A DNA stretch of 64,000 nucleotides from Candidatus Aminicenantales bacterium (GCA_049697115.1 JBAVVD010000002.1:4105-68104), one strand, 5' to 3'. Positions 1 to 10,413 are shown, counted from the stretch's first letter. A program made the numbers and translations. Notes: a model not told the origin generated them from the letters alone.

Positions 1-1
1 G

Positions 2-958
2 GAATGGGCTCCTGTTGTTCCTGCCGGCGGCAGCGATATCGTTTATTTTTGTTCCACATCCCGGCAGCCGGCGGCTCCAGCCGCAATGACCATTCAGGGG
101 AAAAATCAGCGGCTGATAGCTCCTGAGGCAATTCCGGCCTCCTTTCCAGCCAAAGACCTTGTCGAGCCCAAGCCGGTGATTTTTAAAGCGCCGGACGGCC
201 TGGAGATTCACGGCCAGCTTTTTCTTCCAAAGGACGCCAGATCCGGGGATAAAAGACCTGCTGTCATCTTCATGCACGGCGGCCCCATACGCCAGATGCT
301 CCTTGGATGGCACATGAGAGGCTATTACCATAACGCCTATGCCTTGAATCAGTATCTGGCCCATAAAGGTTACATTGTCCTTTCAGTGAATTATCGTTCA
401 GGGATAGGCTATGGCCGGGCTTTTCGTGCGGCCCCGAACCAGGGAGCTCAAGGGGCTTCCGAATACCAGGATATTGTCGCTGCCGGTAAATACCTTCAGA
501 ACCGGCCTGAGGTTGATCCGAATAAAATCGGACTCTGGGGCGGTTCTTATGGGGGCTTTCTCACCGCCCTCGGTCTGGCCAGGGATTCAGAGCTTTTTGC
601 CGCTGGTGTGGACTTGCACGGCGTTCATGATTGGTCTCTGCGGTTCAGACGGAGAGACAGCCTTAGCGTCAGGGAAGAAGAAAGAATGCGCCTGGCCTAT
701 GATTCCTCCCCGGTGGCGGATGTCGATTTCTGGACATCTCCGGTTCTTTTTATTCACGGCGATGACGACCGCAATGTGGATTTTATCCAGACCACCGACC
801 TCGTCCAGCGCTTGAGGAAACTGGGCAAAGCCCATCTGGAAATTCTCGTGTTTCCCGATGAAGTCCACGGCTTCCTTCTCCATGCCCGCTGGCTGGAGGC
901 CTTTAAGGCCGCGGTCAATTTTTTTGACCGGTTCTTGAGAGGAGAGACAAAGAATTAG
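2..958 (+). CDS. S9 family serine peptidase / alpha-beta hydrolase, catalytic domain; 5'-partial, the reading frame is open to the start of the window
   Basis: GGSYGGFLTA nucleophile-elbow motif and a C-terminal D/H region typical of the prolyl oligopeptidase fold. The first ATG in frame is at 86, but no stop lies upstream in that frame. Confidence 0.7.
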   Translation, partial: EWAPVVPAGGSDIVYFCSTSRQPAAPAAMTIQGKNQRLIAPEAIPASFPAKDLVEPKPVIFKAPDGLEIHGQLFLPKDARSGDKRPAVIFMHGGPIRQMLLGWHMRGYYHNAYALNQYLAHKGYIVLSVNYRSGIGYGRAFRAAPNQGAQGASEYQDIVAAGKYLQNRPEVDPNKIGLWGGSYGGFLTALGLARDSELFAAGVDLHGVHDWSLRFRRRDSLSVREEERMRLAYDSSPVADVDFWTSPVLFIHGDDDRNVDFIQTTDLVQRLRKLGKAHLEILVFPDEVHGFLLHARWLEAFKAAVNFFDRFLRGETKN

Positions 959-1003
959 CCTGGATGGGGACCAGAAAGCAACGGGAGTTCCTCTCGTCAA
1001 GAG

Positions 1004-1372
1004 TCAGAAGGCATTCTGGATGTGACGGATGATGAAGCCTTCCTCTTCGGAAAAAAGGACCGATAGGACGTCAAAGCGGCAGGGCATATTCTGCAGGCGG
1101 TTTCGGGACAGATAACCAAGGGCGATCTTTTTAATCTGACGCTGCTTGGCCGTCGTCACAGATTCCTCCGGTGGGCCGAAGCTCTTGCTTTTTCTGGTTT
1201 TTACCTCGACAAATACAAGGGTCTTCCGGTCGTAGGCGATGATGTCGATTTCCCCCCGAAGCATGCGGTAACTCCGGCTGATAATCCTGTACCGTTTCTT
1301 TTCCAGATAGCGAGCAGCGGCTTCTTCCCCGGATATTCCCAGCCGCCGGTCCGACGGTGTGTTTTCACCCAA
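1004..1372 (-). CDS. YraN/UPF0102 family putative endonuclease
   Basis: 122 aa with the GEIDIIA, FVEVKTR and CRFDV motifs that resemble E. coli YraN. Confidence 0.8.
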   Translation of the reverse strand: MGENTPSDRRLGISGEEAAARYLEKKRYRIISRSYRMLRGEIDIIAYDRKTLVFVEVKTRKSKSFGPPEESVTTAKQRQIKKIALGYLSRNRLQNMPCRFDVLSVLFSEEEGFIIRHIQNAF

Positions 1373-1397
1373 AGGATTTTTACTCTATACGGTAAGT

Positions 1398-2798
1398 CTA
1401 TAGATTCTTTATGAGCTTCCAGCGGACGCCTTCTTTGGTGTCCTCAAGGACAATTCCCGCTTCAAGAAGTTCGCGGCGAATGGCATCGGCCAATCGATAA
1501 TTTTTCTCTTTACGGGCCTTCTCTCTCTCCTGAATTTTTTTCACAATTTCCTCAGGAAGCGTTTCTTCTTTCATGGGCGGGAGGACGGCCAGCACTCTGT
1601 CAAGAGAATAGACGAAGGAAAGGAGGCTTTGGGCATCACTTCTGTGAATTTTTTCCTGCTGGATCAAGATATTGGCCTTTTTGACGAGATCGAACAATCC
1701 CGTCAGAGCTACAGAAATGTTTAGATCGTCGCTCAAGCCGGCGAAGAATTTTTCTCTGGCCTCTTGAATGAGCCCTGGAATGGTCGGATTTTCTCCTTCA
1801 GGGAAGCGGCGGTGATCCAGCTCATAGAGCAGGTCTTTGACCCGCTGAAGGGAGGTCTGCGCCTGTTCAAGGGCTTCAAATGTGAAATTGAGGACTTTGC
1901 GGTAATGCGTGGAAAGAAGAAGGTAACGGAGAACCAAGGGGTCAATTTTCTTCTGGATGAGGTCCCTTAATGTGAAAAAATTGCCCTTGGATTTGGACAT
2001 TTTTTCTCCATCGACGACCAGGTGGTGGCAGTGGAGCCAGTAGTTGACGAATTTCTTACCGAAATAAGCTTCGGACTGGGCGATCTCATTTTCGTGATGC
2101 GGAAAAATGTTGTCCACACCGCCGCAGTGGATGTCGAAAGTCTGCCCAAGATATTTTGTGCTCATGGCCGAGCATTCGATGTGCCAGCCGGGGCGGCCGG
2201 GGCCGATTTCCGTTTCCCAGAACGGTTCTCCTTCTTTTTTGTTTTTCCACAGGGCAAAGTCTTGAGCGCTTTCCTTTTCATACTCGTCGACCTCAATGCG
2301 CTCTGTGGATTGGAGTTCATCCAGCCGGATTTTGGAGAGCCGGCCGTAGGCGGGAAATTTGGCGATGCTGAAATAGACCGAGCCGTCCTTTTTGTAAGAG
2401 TAGCCTTTTTCAAGAAGTCCGGAGATCATACGGACCATTTCGGGGATGTGCTCCGTAGCGCGGGGATAATGTTCGGCAGGGGCAATGTTTAAGAGTTGGA
2501 TATCCTCAAAAAAGGCTGTGATAAATTTTTGCGTGTACTCGGAAAGAGGAACTCCTTGGGCGGCGGCTCCCTTGATTGTTTTGTCGTCGACGTCGGTGAG
2601 GTTCATGACATGGGTGACCTGGAATCCGGCGGACTGCAGGAATCTCTTCAACAGGTCCTCAAACACATAGGCTCGGAAATTGCCGATATGGGAGTAGTCA
2701 TAGACGGTGGGACCGCAGGTGTAAAGCTTGACTTCTCCGGGTATGAGAGGACGGAATTCTTCTTTTTCGCCGCTGGCTGTATTGAAAAACTGAATCAT
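1398..2798 (-). CDS. cysS: cysteinyl-tRNA synthetase
   Basis: HIGN-type class I motif (CGPTVYDYSHIGN), KMSKSKGN motif; 466 aa. Confidence 0.95.
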   Translation of the reverse strand: MIQFFNTASGEKEEFRPLIPGEVKLYTCGPTVYDYSHIGNFRAYVFEDLLKRFLQSAGFQVTHVMNLTDVDDKTIKGAAAQGVPLSEYTQKFITAFFEDIQLLNIAPAEHYPRATEHIPEMVRMISGLLEKGYSYKKDGSVYFSIAKFPAYGRLSKIRLDELQSTERIEVDEYEKESAQDFALWKNKKEGEPFWETEIGPGRPGWHIECSAMSTKYLGQTFDIHCGGVDNIFPHHENEIAQSEAYFGKKFVNYWLHCHHLVVDGEKMSKSKGNFFTLRDLIQKKIDPLVLRYLLLSTHYRKVLNFTFEALEQAQTSLQRVKDLLYELDHRRFPEGENPTIPGLIQEAREKFFAGLSDDLNISVALTGLFDLVKKANILIQQEKIHRSDAQSLLSFVYSLDRVLAVLPPMKEETLPEEIVKKIQEREKARKEKNYRLADAIRRELLEAGIVLEDTKEGVRWKLIKNL

Positions 2799-3142
2799 GA
2801 GAGCTTATTATTCAAAGAAAGACGCAAAGAGTCAACCACAGGAATTATTGTTCTATCAATCCTCATTATCTTCTGGCGACATCTTTTTAACGCGTCCGGT
2901 AGAAGGATTTTGGGGCTCACAGGGGAGAACATTCAGACGATCCCAAAAATGAATGCCTTTTTCTAAAAAGTGGTTAAAATTGACGCAACCATTTGACTGT
3001 GCCATAATTAAAAAAAACGCATTCAAGAACGGCTCAAAAAGGCTGAGCTTTCAATGATGGTCTCGGCCATTTCGGATGCCTTCCTTGAATGGACATGAAC
3101 AAAAGGGAAAGAGACCCGCAAAAATTTGATGGAGGGGAGAAA

Positions 3143-3949
3143 ATGAAAAGGAAAGCCGCTGTGGCCGGTTATTTTTATCCCAGGAGGCCGGAGGATCTGC
3201 TTCAAACATTGGAACAAATGGTCCTCCCGAAGGTGAAAAAAGAGAAAGCCCTGTCCGTGCTTTCTCCTCATGCCGGATATGAATACTCCGGCCCCGTGGC
3301 CGGAGCTGTCTTTTCCTCAGTCGTGCTTCCCTCGACATTCGTCATCCTGGGACCGAGTCATCGACCGATCCGTCCTCGCTTTGCCCTGATGAGCGAGGGG
3401 AGCTGGGAGACTCCATTGGGAAATGTTCCTATCGAATCCGGGCTGGCCCGCCTGATCGGGAACTATTCAAGGCTCACTATTGAGGACTCCCAGGCCCATT
3501 CCGAGGAACATTCCATCGAGGTCCAGCTTCCGTTCATCCAGTTTTTTAAAAAAGAATTTTCCATAGTCCCTGCCGTCTTTTCCTATCTGGCCACTTATGA
3601 GGAGCTGGAGGAACTGGGAAAAGCCCTGGCCCGTGGAATTCAAGAATTCCAGAAGGAAGTACTGATTGTGGCCAGCACGGACATGAGCCATTATGTGAGC
3701 CAGGAGGAGGCCAAGGAGAAGGATTTTCTGGCCATTCAGAAAGTGCTCAACCTGGACGCCGAAGGATTGTTTTCCATCGTCCAGGAGGAGGATATCAGCA
3801 TGTGCGGATATCAACCGGTAATCTCAGCCATCATCGCTTCTAAAGAACTCGGGGCCGAGAAGGGGGAGCTCATTAAATACGCCACTTCTGGAGATCGGAC
3901 CGGCGACTTTGCTCAGGTTGTCGGCTATGCCGGAATCCGGATCCATTAA
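3143..3949 (+). CDS. MEMO1-family protein (AmmeMemoRadiSam system protein B-like)
   Basis: AGYFYP N-terminus plus GPSH, HSxE and MSHY His-containing motifs. A GGAGG ribosome-binding site precedes the ATG at 3143; the listed ORF has an N-terminal extension from 3089. Confidence 0.75.
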   Translation: MKRKAAVAGYFYPRRPEDLLQTLEQMVLPKVKKEKALSVLSPHAGYEYSGPVAGAVFSSVVLPSTFVILGPSHRPIRPRFALMSEGSWETPLGNVPIESGLARLIGNYSRLTIEDSQAHSEEHSIEVQLPFIQFFKKEFSIVPAVFSYLATYEELEELGKALARGIQEFQKEVLIVASTDMSHYVSQEEAKEKDFLAIQKVLNLDAEGLFSIVQEEDISMCGYQPVISAIIASKELGAEKGELIKYATSGDRTGDFAQVVGYAGIRIH

Positions 3950-3964
3950 ACGCATTATTGACGA

Positions 3965-4195
3965 GCGGCGAATATTCCCCGAGGCTTGCCACGGGGAGCC
4001 GCTCGAGAGGGTTCCAAGGGGGAGTCGCCCCCTTGGTCGCAGGGCGGAGTTTCATGCCCCGCCCGAGAAGGGGAGGCAGTGAGCGGAGCGAACGTTGGAA
4101 GGGGTCTTCCCCTCCAAGTTGACTCCATTCCCCCGGAGCGCTCTCTGAAGCGGGCGGACGGACCCACCGCGATAGAATCCCTCCTCTTTTTCTGA
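3965..4195. other. GC-rich cluster of three strong hairpins (4014-4036, 4042-4064, 4095-4117); possible ncRNA or REP-like element
   Basis: Perfect 9-10 bp GC stems with no U-tracts. Local GC is far above its surroundings. It lies between the Memo-like gene and the hrcA promoter. Confidence 0.3.
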
Positions 4196-4214
4196 AGGGA
4201 ATTAACCGAATGAT

Positions 4215-4242
4215 TTGACATCATTTACAATGGTGCTATAAA
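4215..4242 (+). promoter_or_regulatory. sigma70-like promoter of the hrcA operon: TTGACA, 16-nt spacer, TATAAA
   Basis: Consensus -35 and -10 hexamers sit about 17 nt upstream of the hrcA ATG. Confidence 0.4.
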
Positions 4243-4258
4243 ATTTATTCTTAAAACA

Positions 4259-5302
4259 ATGAAAAACTTATTCCTGCGTGAGAAAGACCGGATCGTCCTG
4301 GACTTGGTTGTGGAGAATTATCTCAAGGTCGGAACGCCCATCAGCTCCGGATTTATTTTCCAGAAAAGGTTGATTTCCGACTCACCGGCCACCATACGGA
4401 ATATCATGGTCAAGCTGGAAGCCCTGGGATTCCTTCGGCAGCCCCACACCTCGGCCGGCCGGGTTCCCACAGACATAGGATTGCGGTTCTATGTGAACAA
4501 CCTGTTGGATAAAGCGCCGCTTTCGATGGAAGCGACGGATTTTACGAGCGAAAAGTGGATCAGTAAAACAGGGGATATGAATGCCCTGTTGACGCAGGTT
4601 TCGCGGGTTCTATCGGAGAATTCGGACAGCATTGGATTCGTGCTTTCTCCCCGAATTTCGAAGGTCAATTTTCATCATTTGCGGCTGATCAAGGTCGCCG
4701 AAAACAAGGTCATGGTTATTCTGGTCACCTCTTCCAACTTCGTCCTGACAGAAATTGTTGAGACTGCCATTTCTTTCAACCAGCTTGAGCTGGACCGCGC
4801 GTCCCAGTATGTCAATCAGCGCTTTCCCGAAAAGAGTCTCCATTATGTCCGTGACTATCTCTTGGGAGAACTGCCTAAGTTCAAATCCAAATTTGAGAGT
4901 GCCTTCGAAAAGCTCATGGGGCTTCTGAGGGCCTCGATTATACAGGATGAGCAGGAAGATCAGATTATCCTTGAGGGAGCCTCTAAACTCATTGATAAGT
5001 TTGATGACATCAATTTGGAAAAGCTCAAATCGCTTTTTCAAAAATTCGAAGAGAAAGCCAATCTGGCCAAACTTCTCTCAGATTTTATCTCTTTAGACAA
5101 GGTCAAAGTTTTGATAGGTTCAGAATCCAATCTTCCACTGATTTCAGACTGCTCCCTGATTCTTTCTCATTACGGTTTCAACAACCAGGTACTCGGATCC
5201 CTGGGCATCATCGGGCCGAAAAGAATTCCTTATAAAAAGCTCATTCCTTTGGTGGACAGCGTGGCCAAAAGACTGAGCCAGACAATCAGCCAAAATCAGT
5301 GA
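4259..5302 (+). CDS. hrcA: heat-inducible transcription repressor HrcA
   Basis: N-terminal winged-helix region (ILDLVVENYLKVGTPISSGFI), a length of 347 aa and a position upstream of grpE-dnaK-dnaJ. Confidence 0.85.
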   Translation: MKNLFLREKDRIVLDLVVENYLKVGTPISSGFIFQKRLISDSPATIRNIMVKLEALGFLRQPHTSAGRVPTDIGLRFYVNNLLDKAPLSMEATDFTSEKWISKTGDMNALLTQVSRVLSENSDSIGFVLSPRISKVNFHHLRLIKVAENKVMVILVTSSNFVLTEIVETAISFNQLELDRASQYVNQRFPEKSLHYVRDYLLGELPKFKSKFESAFEKLMGLLRASIIQDEQEDQIILEGASKLIDKFDDINLEKLKSLFQKFEEKANLAKLLSDFISLDKVKVLIGSESNLPLISDCSLILSHYGFNNQVLGSLGIIGPKRIPYKKLIPLVDSVAKRLSQTISQNQ

Positions 5303-5317
5303 AAAGGTCAAAGACTC

Positions 5318-5992
5318 ATGAATATGGATGAAAGCAAGAAAATAAAAGACATTGAAGAAAAAGAAGAATCCCTAGAAAAAAAAGAGGAAAACCACAGAGA
5401 GGAAACTCCAGAGGGAAAAACGGAGGAAGAGAGAAAAATTGAAATCAAGAGAAAAGTGGAAACCAGAGAGCCAAGGCCGGAGAAAAGCGAACAGGATGAG
5501 GCCAAATCTTTCAGGAGCCGGCTACGGAAGCGGGATGCGGAAATAAAGAATCTCAAGAGAGAAAAAGAAGATCTGAAGGACAAGTACCTCAGGGTTCTGG
5601 CCGAGATGGAGAATCTGAGGAAACGTCTGGACCGAGAAAAGAAAGAATACTATCAGTATGCCCTCAGTGAATTTCTCAAAGAGCTTCTTCTGATTCTGGA
5701 TAATTTTGAACGGGCTTTTAAAAATAAAGGCCAAGCGGAAGGAACGAGTTTCCAGGAAGGAATCGAAATGATCTACAAGCAGTTTACGGACCTTCTGGCG
5801 AAGAATGGAGTCAGGCCGATCGCCGTCGACAGCAAGAAGTTTGACCCGAATGTCCATCAGGCTGTCCTTACAGAAGAATCCGAACATGTGCAGGAACCTG
5901 AGGTCAGCGAGGAACTGCAAAAGGGCTATTCTCTTCACGATCGGCTTCTCCGCCCAACTTTGGTCAAAGTGAGTATTCCGAAGAAGTCATAA
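5318..5992 (+). CDS. grpE: nucleotide exchange factor GrpE, with a K/E-rich low-complexity N-terminus
   Basis: LRVLAEMENLRKR GrpE signature. Confidence 0.85.
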   Translation: MNMDESKKIKDIEEKEESLEKKEENHREETPEGKTEEERKIEIKRKVETREPRPEKSEQDEAKSFRSRLRKRDAEIKNLKREKEDLKDKYLRVLAEMENLRKRLDREKKEYYQYALSEFLKELLLILDNFERAFKNKGQAEGTSFQEGIEMIYKQFTDLLAKNGVRPIAVDSKKFDPNVHQAVLTEESEHVQEPEVSEELQKGYSLHDRLLRPTLVKVSIPKKS

Positions 5993-5993
5993 A

Positions 5994-7589
5994 ATGGATT
6001 ATGTGATTGGAATTGATCTGGGAACAACCTATTCCTGCATGGCCCATCTCCTCAACGAGACACCGAAAGTCATTCCCAATCTGGAAGGTTCGTCCACCAC
6101 ACCTTCCATAGTCAGTTTCACCTCTTCTGGAGAAACCCTGATCGGCAATCTGGCTTTGCGTCAGGCTCTGACCAATCCAGAGAAGACTCTGTTTGCAGTG
6201 AAGAGGCTCATCGGCAAGAAATTCAATTCTCCAGAGATCATTGAGGCCCGACAGAGGATTCCGTATAAACTGGAAGAAGCGGCCAACGGCGATGTGATGA
6301 TCGAGATTGACGGGAATTTAATCAGTCCTCAAGAAGTGTCGGCTTTAGTCCTCAGCTATTTGAAAAAATGCGCGGAGTCCCACTTTGGCCAGAATGTCCG
6401 CCAGGCCGTGATCACGGTCCCCGCTCATTTTGACGATCACCAGAGGCAAGCGACCAAGGATGCCGCCACCATTGCGGAACTGGAAGTATTGCGAGTCATT
6501 AACGAACCCACCGCCGCCAGTCTGGCGTATGGAGTCAACTTAAAAAAAGAGGCCAAAGTCGCTGTGTTTGATATGGGCGGAGGCACTTTTGACATTACCA
6601 TTTTAGAAATTCAAAACGGTGTTTTCCATGTGCTGGCGACACGCGGAAAATCCTATCTCGGCGGGGAGGATTTTGACTACCGCCTTATGGAATGGCTGCT
6701 GGAGGAATTCAAGAAGGACAATTTTATTGACCTTTCCCAGGATAAATATGCCCTCCAGAGAATCAAAGAAGCCGCGGAAAGAGCCAAGCGAGAACTGTCC
6801 TTTACCATGGAGACAGAGATCAATCTTCCGTTCATCTTTTCTGGCCAGCTCGGATCCAAGCATATAAAGAAAAATGTGACACGCCGCCTGCTCGAAGAAT
6901 TGACCATGGATCTTGTGGAAAGAGCGTTTCCTCTGATTGAACAGACCATGCGGGACAGCTCTGTGACTCCCGAAGAAATCGACGATGTCATCCTCGTCGG
7001 CGGCCAAACGCGGATGCCTCTCATCCGGAAGAAAGTGGCGGATTATTTTCATAAAAAACCCAATGAGCACCTCAATCCCGACGAAACCGTGGCCATGGGA
7101 GCCGCTATTCAATCCGGAATTCTCCGCGGCGAACTGCATGATATGGTCCTTCTGTTGGATGTGACGCCTCTATCTCTGGGGATTGAGACGGAGAATGACA
7201 AGTTCCATAAGATTATCGAAAGAAACACAACGATTCCGACGAAAAAGACGATGCCCTTCACGACGGTGGAAGATGACCAGAGACGTGTGAGGATTCACGT
7301 CCTCCAGGGAGAAAAGCCGAAGGCATCTGAAAATACTTCTCTGGCGAAGTTTGATTTGGTAGGAATTAATCCTGCCCCGGCCGGCATTCCCCAGATTGAT
7401 GTGACTTTTGAGATCGACGCAGATGGAATCGTCAAGGTCTCTGCCAAGGATGTGGCCTCGGGCATGGAGCAACGCATACAGATTCGGCCCTCATCGGGTC
7501 TGTCAAGGAAGGAGATCACAAGCATTATCCAGAGAAACAAGGAAAGGGAAGTGGGAATAGAGGTCAATGGAAAAAAGGGATTATTATGA
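5994..7589 (+). CDS. dnaK: Hsp70 chaperone DnaK, naturally short: 531 aa with the C-terminal helical lid missing
   Basis: [16 protein letters not shown] and [14 protein letters not shown] motifs. The ORF ends about 30 aa after the SSGLS motif, and dnaJ starts 23 nt before the dnaK stop. Confidence 0.85.
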   Translation: MDYVIGIDLGTTYSCMAHLLNETPKVIPNLEGSSTTPSIVSFTSSGETLIGNLALRQALTNPEKTLFAVKRLIGKKFNSPEIIEARQRIPYKLEEAANGDVMIEIDGNLISPQEVSALVLSYLKKCAESHFGQNVRQAVITVPAHFDDHQRQATKDAATIAELEVLRVINEPTAASLAYGVNLKKEAKVAVFDMGGGTFDITILEIQNGVFHVLATRGKSYLGGEDFDYRLMEWLLEEFKKDNFIDLSQDKYALQRIKEAAERAKRELSFTMETEINLPFIFSGQLGSKHIKKNVTRRLLEELTMDLVERAFPLIEQTMRDSSVTPEEIDDVILVGGQTRMPLIRKKVADYFHKKPNEHLNPDETVAMGAAIQSGILRGELHDMVLLLDVTPLSLGIETENDKFHKIIERNTTIPTKKTMPFTTVEDDQRRVRIHVLQGEKPKASENTSLAKFDLVGINPAPAGIPQIDVTFEIDADGIVKVSAKDVASGMEQRIQIRPSSGLSRKEITSIIQRNKEREVGIEVNGKKGLL

Positions 7590-8706
7590 GGTCCTCGGAG
7601 TATCCCGGGGAGCGCCCACAGAAGAAATAAAAAAGGTCTATCGGCAGCTCGCTCTCAAGTACCATCCTGACCGGAATCCCGGGAATAAAGAAGCGGAAGA
7701 GAAATTCAAAGAGGCCGCCGAAGCGTACAGCGTCCTCTGCGATCCCCACAAGAGAGCCACATATGACCATTACGGCCATGAGGGATTGAGGGGAGAGGGG
7801 TTCACAGGATTTTCAGGATTTGATTCTACGATATTCGAAGAATTCGAGGATATTCTGGGGAACTTTTTCGGCTTCAGTTTCGGATTCGGGGATTTCTTCG
7901 GGACTGGGGCCCGCCGAAGACATTCTCATCAAAAAGGAAAAGACCTGGTGCTGGAGATTGAAATTTCCTTGGAGGAGGCGGCCGCCGGAGTCGAGAAGGA
8001 GATTTCCTTAAGCCGGTCTGAATTTTGTCCCTCCTGCCAGGGATCCAGACTACGCCCGGGAGCCAAAATGGCCACATGCCCGTCCTGTCAGGGAAGGGGG
8101 CAGGTTCGCTATCAACAAGGATTCTTTGCTATATCCCGCACATGTTCCCATTGCCAGGGAAGAGGTGAAATCATTACAAATCCCTGTGTGGAGTGCCGGG
8201 GAACCGGGCATGTCAGACAGAAGAGCGTTCTCCGCATAAAAATTCCCTCTGGAATTGATAATGGCTCCCGTTTGAGAATTGCGGGAGAGGGAGAGCCGGG
8301 CGAAAAAGGGATGCCGAGAGGAGACCTTTATATTCTGACCAGGGTTAAAAACCACAACTTCTTTGAACGAGAAGACAATCACCTCTATTGCCGGATATCC
8401 ATTACCTTTGCTCAGGCGGCCTTGGGCATTCAGGTGGAAATACCGACCCTCAACGGCGATGGGGAGATTCTGAAAATTCCGCCTGGCACGCAATCCGGTG
8501 AAGTTTTCCGGCTCAAGGGGAAGGGAATTCGGGACGCCCAGAGCCGGAAGGTCGGTGACCTCTATGTCAAAGTCGATGTGGAAACTCCATCAAATCTCAC
8601 AAAAGAACAAAAAGAGCTTCTCCGACAGTTAGGGGAGTTGAGGGGCGAAAATCTGGAATTCGTCCCCAAAACTCTCATCAAAATTCCAAAGACAGTCCTC
8701 CATTAG
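7567..8706 (+). CDS. dnaJ: co-chaperone DnaJ
   Basis: J domain with HPD (YHPDRNPG), a G/F-rich region and four CxxCxGxG zinc-finger repeats. Confidence 0.92.
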   Translation: MEKRDYYEVLGVSRGAPTEEIKKVYRQLALKYHPDRNPGNKEAEEKFKEAAEAYSVLCDPHKRATYDHYGHEGLRGEGFTGFSGFDSTIFEEFEDILGNFFGFSFGFGDFFGTGARRRHSHQKGKDLVLEIEISLEEAAAGVEKEISLSRSEFCPSCQGSRLRPGAKMATCPSCQGRGQVRYQQGFFAISRTCSHCQGRGEIITNPCVECRGTGHVRQKSVLRIKIPSGIDNGSRLRIAGEGEPGEKGMPRGDLYILTRVKNHNFFEREDNHLYCRISITFAQAALGIQVEIPTLNGDGEILKIPPGTQSGEVFRLKGKGIRDAQSRKVGDLYVKVDVETPSNLTKEQKELLRQLGELRGENLEFVPKTLIKIPKTVLH

Positions 8707-8714
8707 AGTGAATT

Positions 8715-9473
8715 TTGACTTCGAACTTTTTTTTTATCAGAAAGAGTCAGTTGCAGAGCTCATCCGTCGTCCTTGACGGTGAAGAACACCATCATTTAAG
8801 CAATGTTGTTCGTTTGAAACCCAGAGATCGAGTTCGGCTTTTCGATGAGGATGGAACGAAGTATCTGGCTGAAATCGATGAAATCGCCCGGGAGTGGACA
8901 CGGTTGCGGATTCTGACCAGAAGAGAAAGAGATCGGAATCCGGTGAAGATCATTTTAGCCCAGGCTTTGATTAGGGCCAAAAAAATGGAATTCATCCTCC
9001 AAATGGCCACAGAATTGGGAATTTCGATGCTTGTTCCCGTTCTTTCCGCCAGATCCATTGTCAAAATCGCAGATCGGAGTCGGCAAAAAGTGGAGCGGTG
9101 GAACAAGATCGCCCGCGAATCTGCAAAGCAATGCAAAAGCGGTCTGGTTCCGAAGATTGCGGCTCCTCTATCTTTGAAGGCCTTCCTCATAGAGCAGGAA
9201 GGGGCAAGGAAATTTTATTTAAGCGAGCGCAGAGGAACATGTCTCAGAGAGATTTTGACCTCAGGTCATTGGCTTGGCCCTGGCAGCGGACAAGACGGGG
9301 AGCCTTCGGAAATTATCATCCTGGTGGGGCCTGAAGGGGGCTGGGCGGAAGAGGAAGAGAACTTGATTGCCGGGCATGGGTATGAGGCAGTCAGCCTGGG
9401 AAAGAACATCCTGCGGGCTGAGACCGCCGCCCTTGCGGCCGTGGCCATCGTTTCCCTTTTTTGGATGTGGTGA
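8715..9473 (+). CDS. rsmE: 16S rRNA (uracil1498-N3)-methyltransferase RsmE
   Basis: Typical RsmE N-terminus (NFFFIR; EHHHL) and GPEGGW SAM-binding motif. Confidence 0.8.
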   Translation: MTSNFFFIRKSQLQSSSVVLDGEEHHHLSNVVRLKPRDRVRLFDEDGTKYLAEIDEIAREWTRLRILTRRERDRNPVKIILAQALIRAKKMEFILQMATELGISMLVPVLSARSIVKIADRSRQKVERWNKIARESAKQCKSGLVPKIAAPLSLKAFLIEQEGARKFYLSERRGTCLREILTSGHWLGPGSGQDGEPSEIIILVGPEGGWAEEEENLIAGHGYEAVSLGKNILRAETAALAAVAIVSLFWMW

Positions 9474-9474
9474 G

Positions 9475-10413
9475 ATGTTTCTCCAGGGACAAAAAGTCGG
9501 GAAGTACGAAATCATTCGCTCCTTGGGAAGCGGAGGCTTCGGGTCTGTTTTTCTGGCCAAAGACACCTGGCTGGATATCAAAGTGGCCATCAAAGTTCCT
9601 CATAAACAATCGATGGAGCTCTACAAGCTTCTCAAAGAACCGAGACTCCAGGCCGCCCTCAATCATCCCAATATTGTCCGCATGATCTCTGCCGAAAAGG
9701 AAAAGCGCATTTTTTTTATGGTCATGGAGTATGTCAGAGGGAAAACCCTGGAAAAAATCCTGCAGAAAGAAAAGATCCTGGATGTGGAAAAGGCTATGGA
9801 TTATGGCAGGCAAATCGCCAGCGGGATTGAGCACGCGCACAAGAGTAAAATCATACACCGGGATCTGAGGCCGTCCAACATCATTGTTTCCGAGGAGGGA
9901 ACGGCCAAGATAACGGATTTCGGGACATCCGCCTGGCTGAGCAATGTTCCGTATGCGACCACCCGGATAGGATCGCCGCCTTACATGGCGCCGGAACAAT
10001 TTCTGGGGAAGGCCACATTTGCCTCGGACATTTACTCTCTGGGGTGTATTTTATATGAAATGATTATCGGACGGCCGCCGATTTTTGACCCGGATCCATT
10101 TAAAATCCTGGAGAAAGCCCAGGAAGGGAAGATCACCCCGCCCCGAATTAAAAACACCAATGTCCCAAAGGAACTGGACGAAGTGATCATGAAGTGCCTG
10201 GCCTCCCAGGTTGAGGATCGGTACAGCCGGGCCGCCGAAATTGTCAAAAAGCTTTCCGATCTTCCGGGAAAAAATGTGCGCACATCCGATATCGAGGATA
10301 TCCTGGGAAGAATCAAGGCCAGAGAAAGGTCCGTTTCCGAATTGTGCTGGAACTGCCGGAGGCCCTTGCCATTTCGGGCAAAGAGCTGTCCTCATTGCGG
10401 CGAATCGATATGA
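9475..10413 (+). CDS. Hanks-type Ser/Thr protein kinase with a C-terminal CxxC...CxxC zinc ribbon
   Basis: GSGGFGSV glycine-rich loop, AIK, HRDLRPSNI, DFG and APE motifs. The ATG lies 2 nt after the rsmE stop. Confidence 0.85.
   Translation: MFLQGQKVGKYEIIRSLGSGGFGSVFLAKDTWLDIKVAIKVPHKQSMELYKLLKEPRLQAALNHPNIVRMISAEKEKRIFFMVMEYVRGKTLEKILQKEKILDVEKAMDYGRQIASGIEHAHKSKIIHRDLRPSNIIVSEEGTAKITDFGTSAWLSNVPYATTRIGSPPYMAPEQFLGKATFASDIYSLGCILYEMIIGRPPIFDPDPFKILEKAQEGKITPPRIKNTNVPKELDEVIMKCLASQVEDRYSRAAEIVKKLSDLPGKNVRTSDIEDILGRIKARERSVSELCWNCRRPLPFRAKSCPHCGESI

Noticed and set aside
4196-4258. CIRCE operator (TTAGCACTC-N9-GAGTGCTAA) expected upstream of hrcA
   Set aside because: I found nothing like CIRCE in this intergenic region or before grpE/dnaK. 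Only a sigma70-like promoter is visible, so CIRCE is presumably at groESL elsewhere.
6603-7139. Antisense or overlapping ORFs inside housekeeping genes (for example 6603-7139, 26282-27250, 28392-29135, 49265-49999, 51888-53030 and 52615-53232)
   Set aside because: Each is nested opposite a gene with strong motif support, and the protein would be low-complexity with no coding signal of its own.
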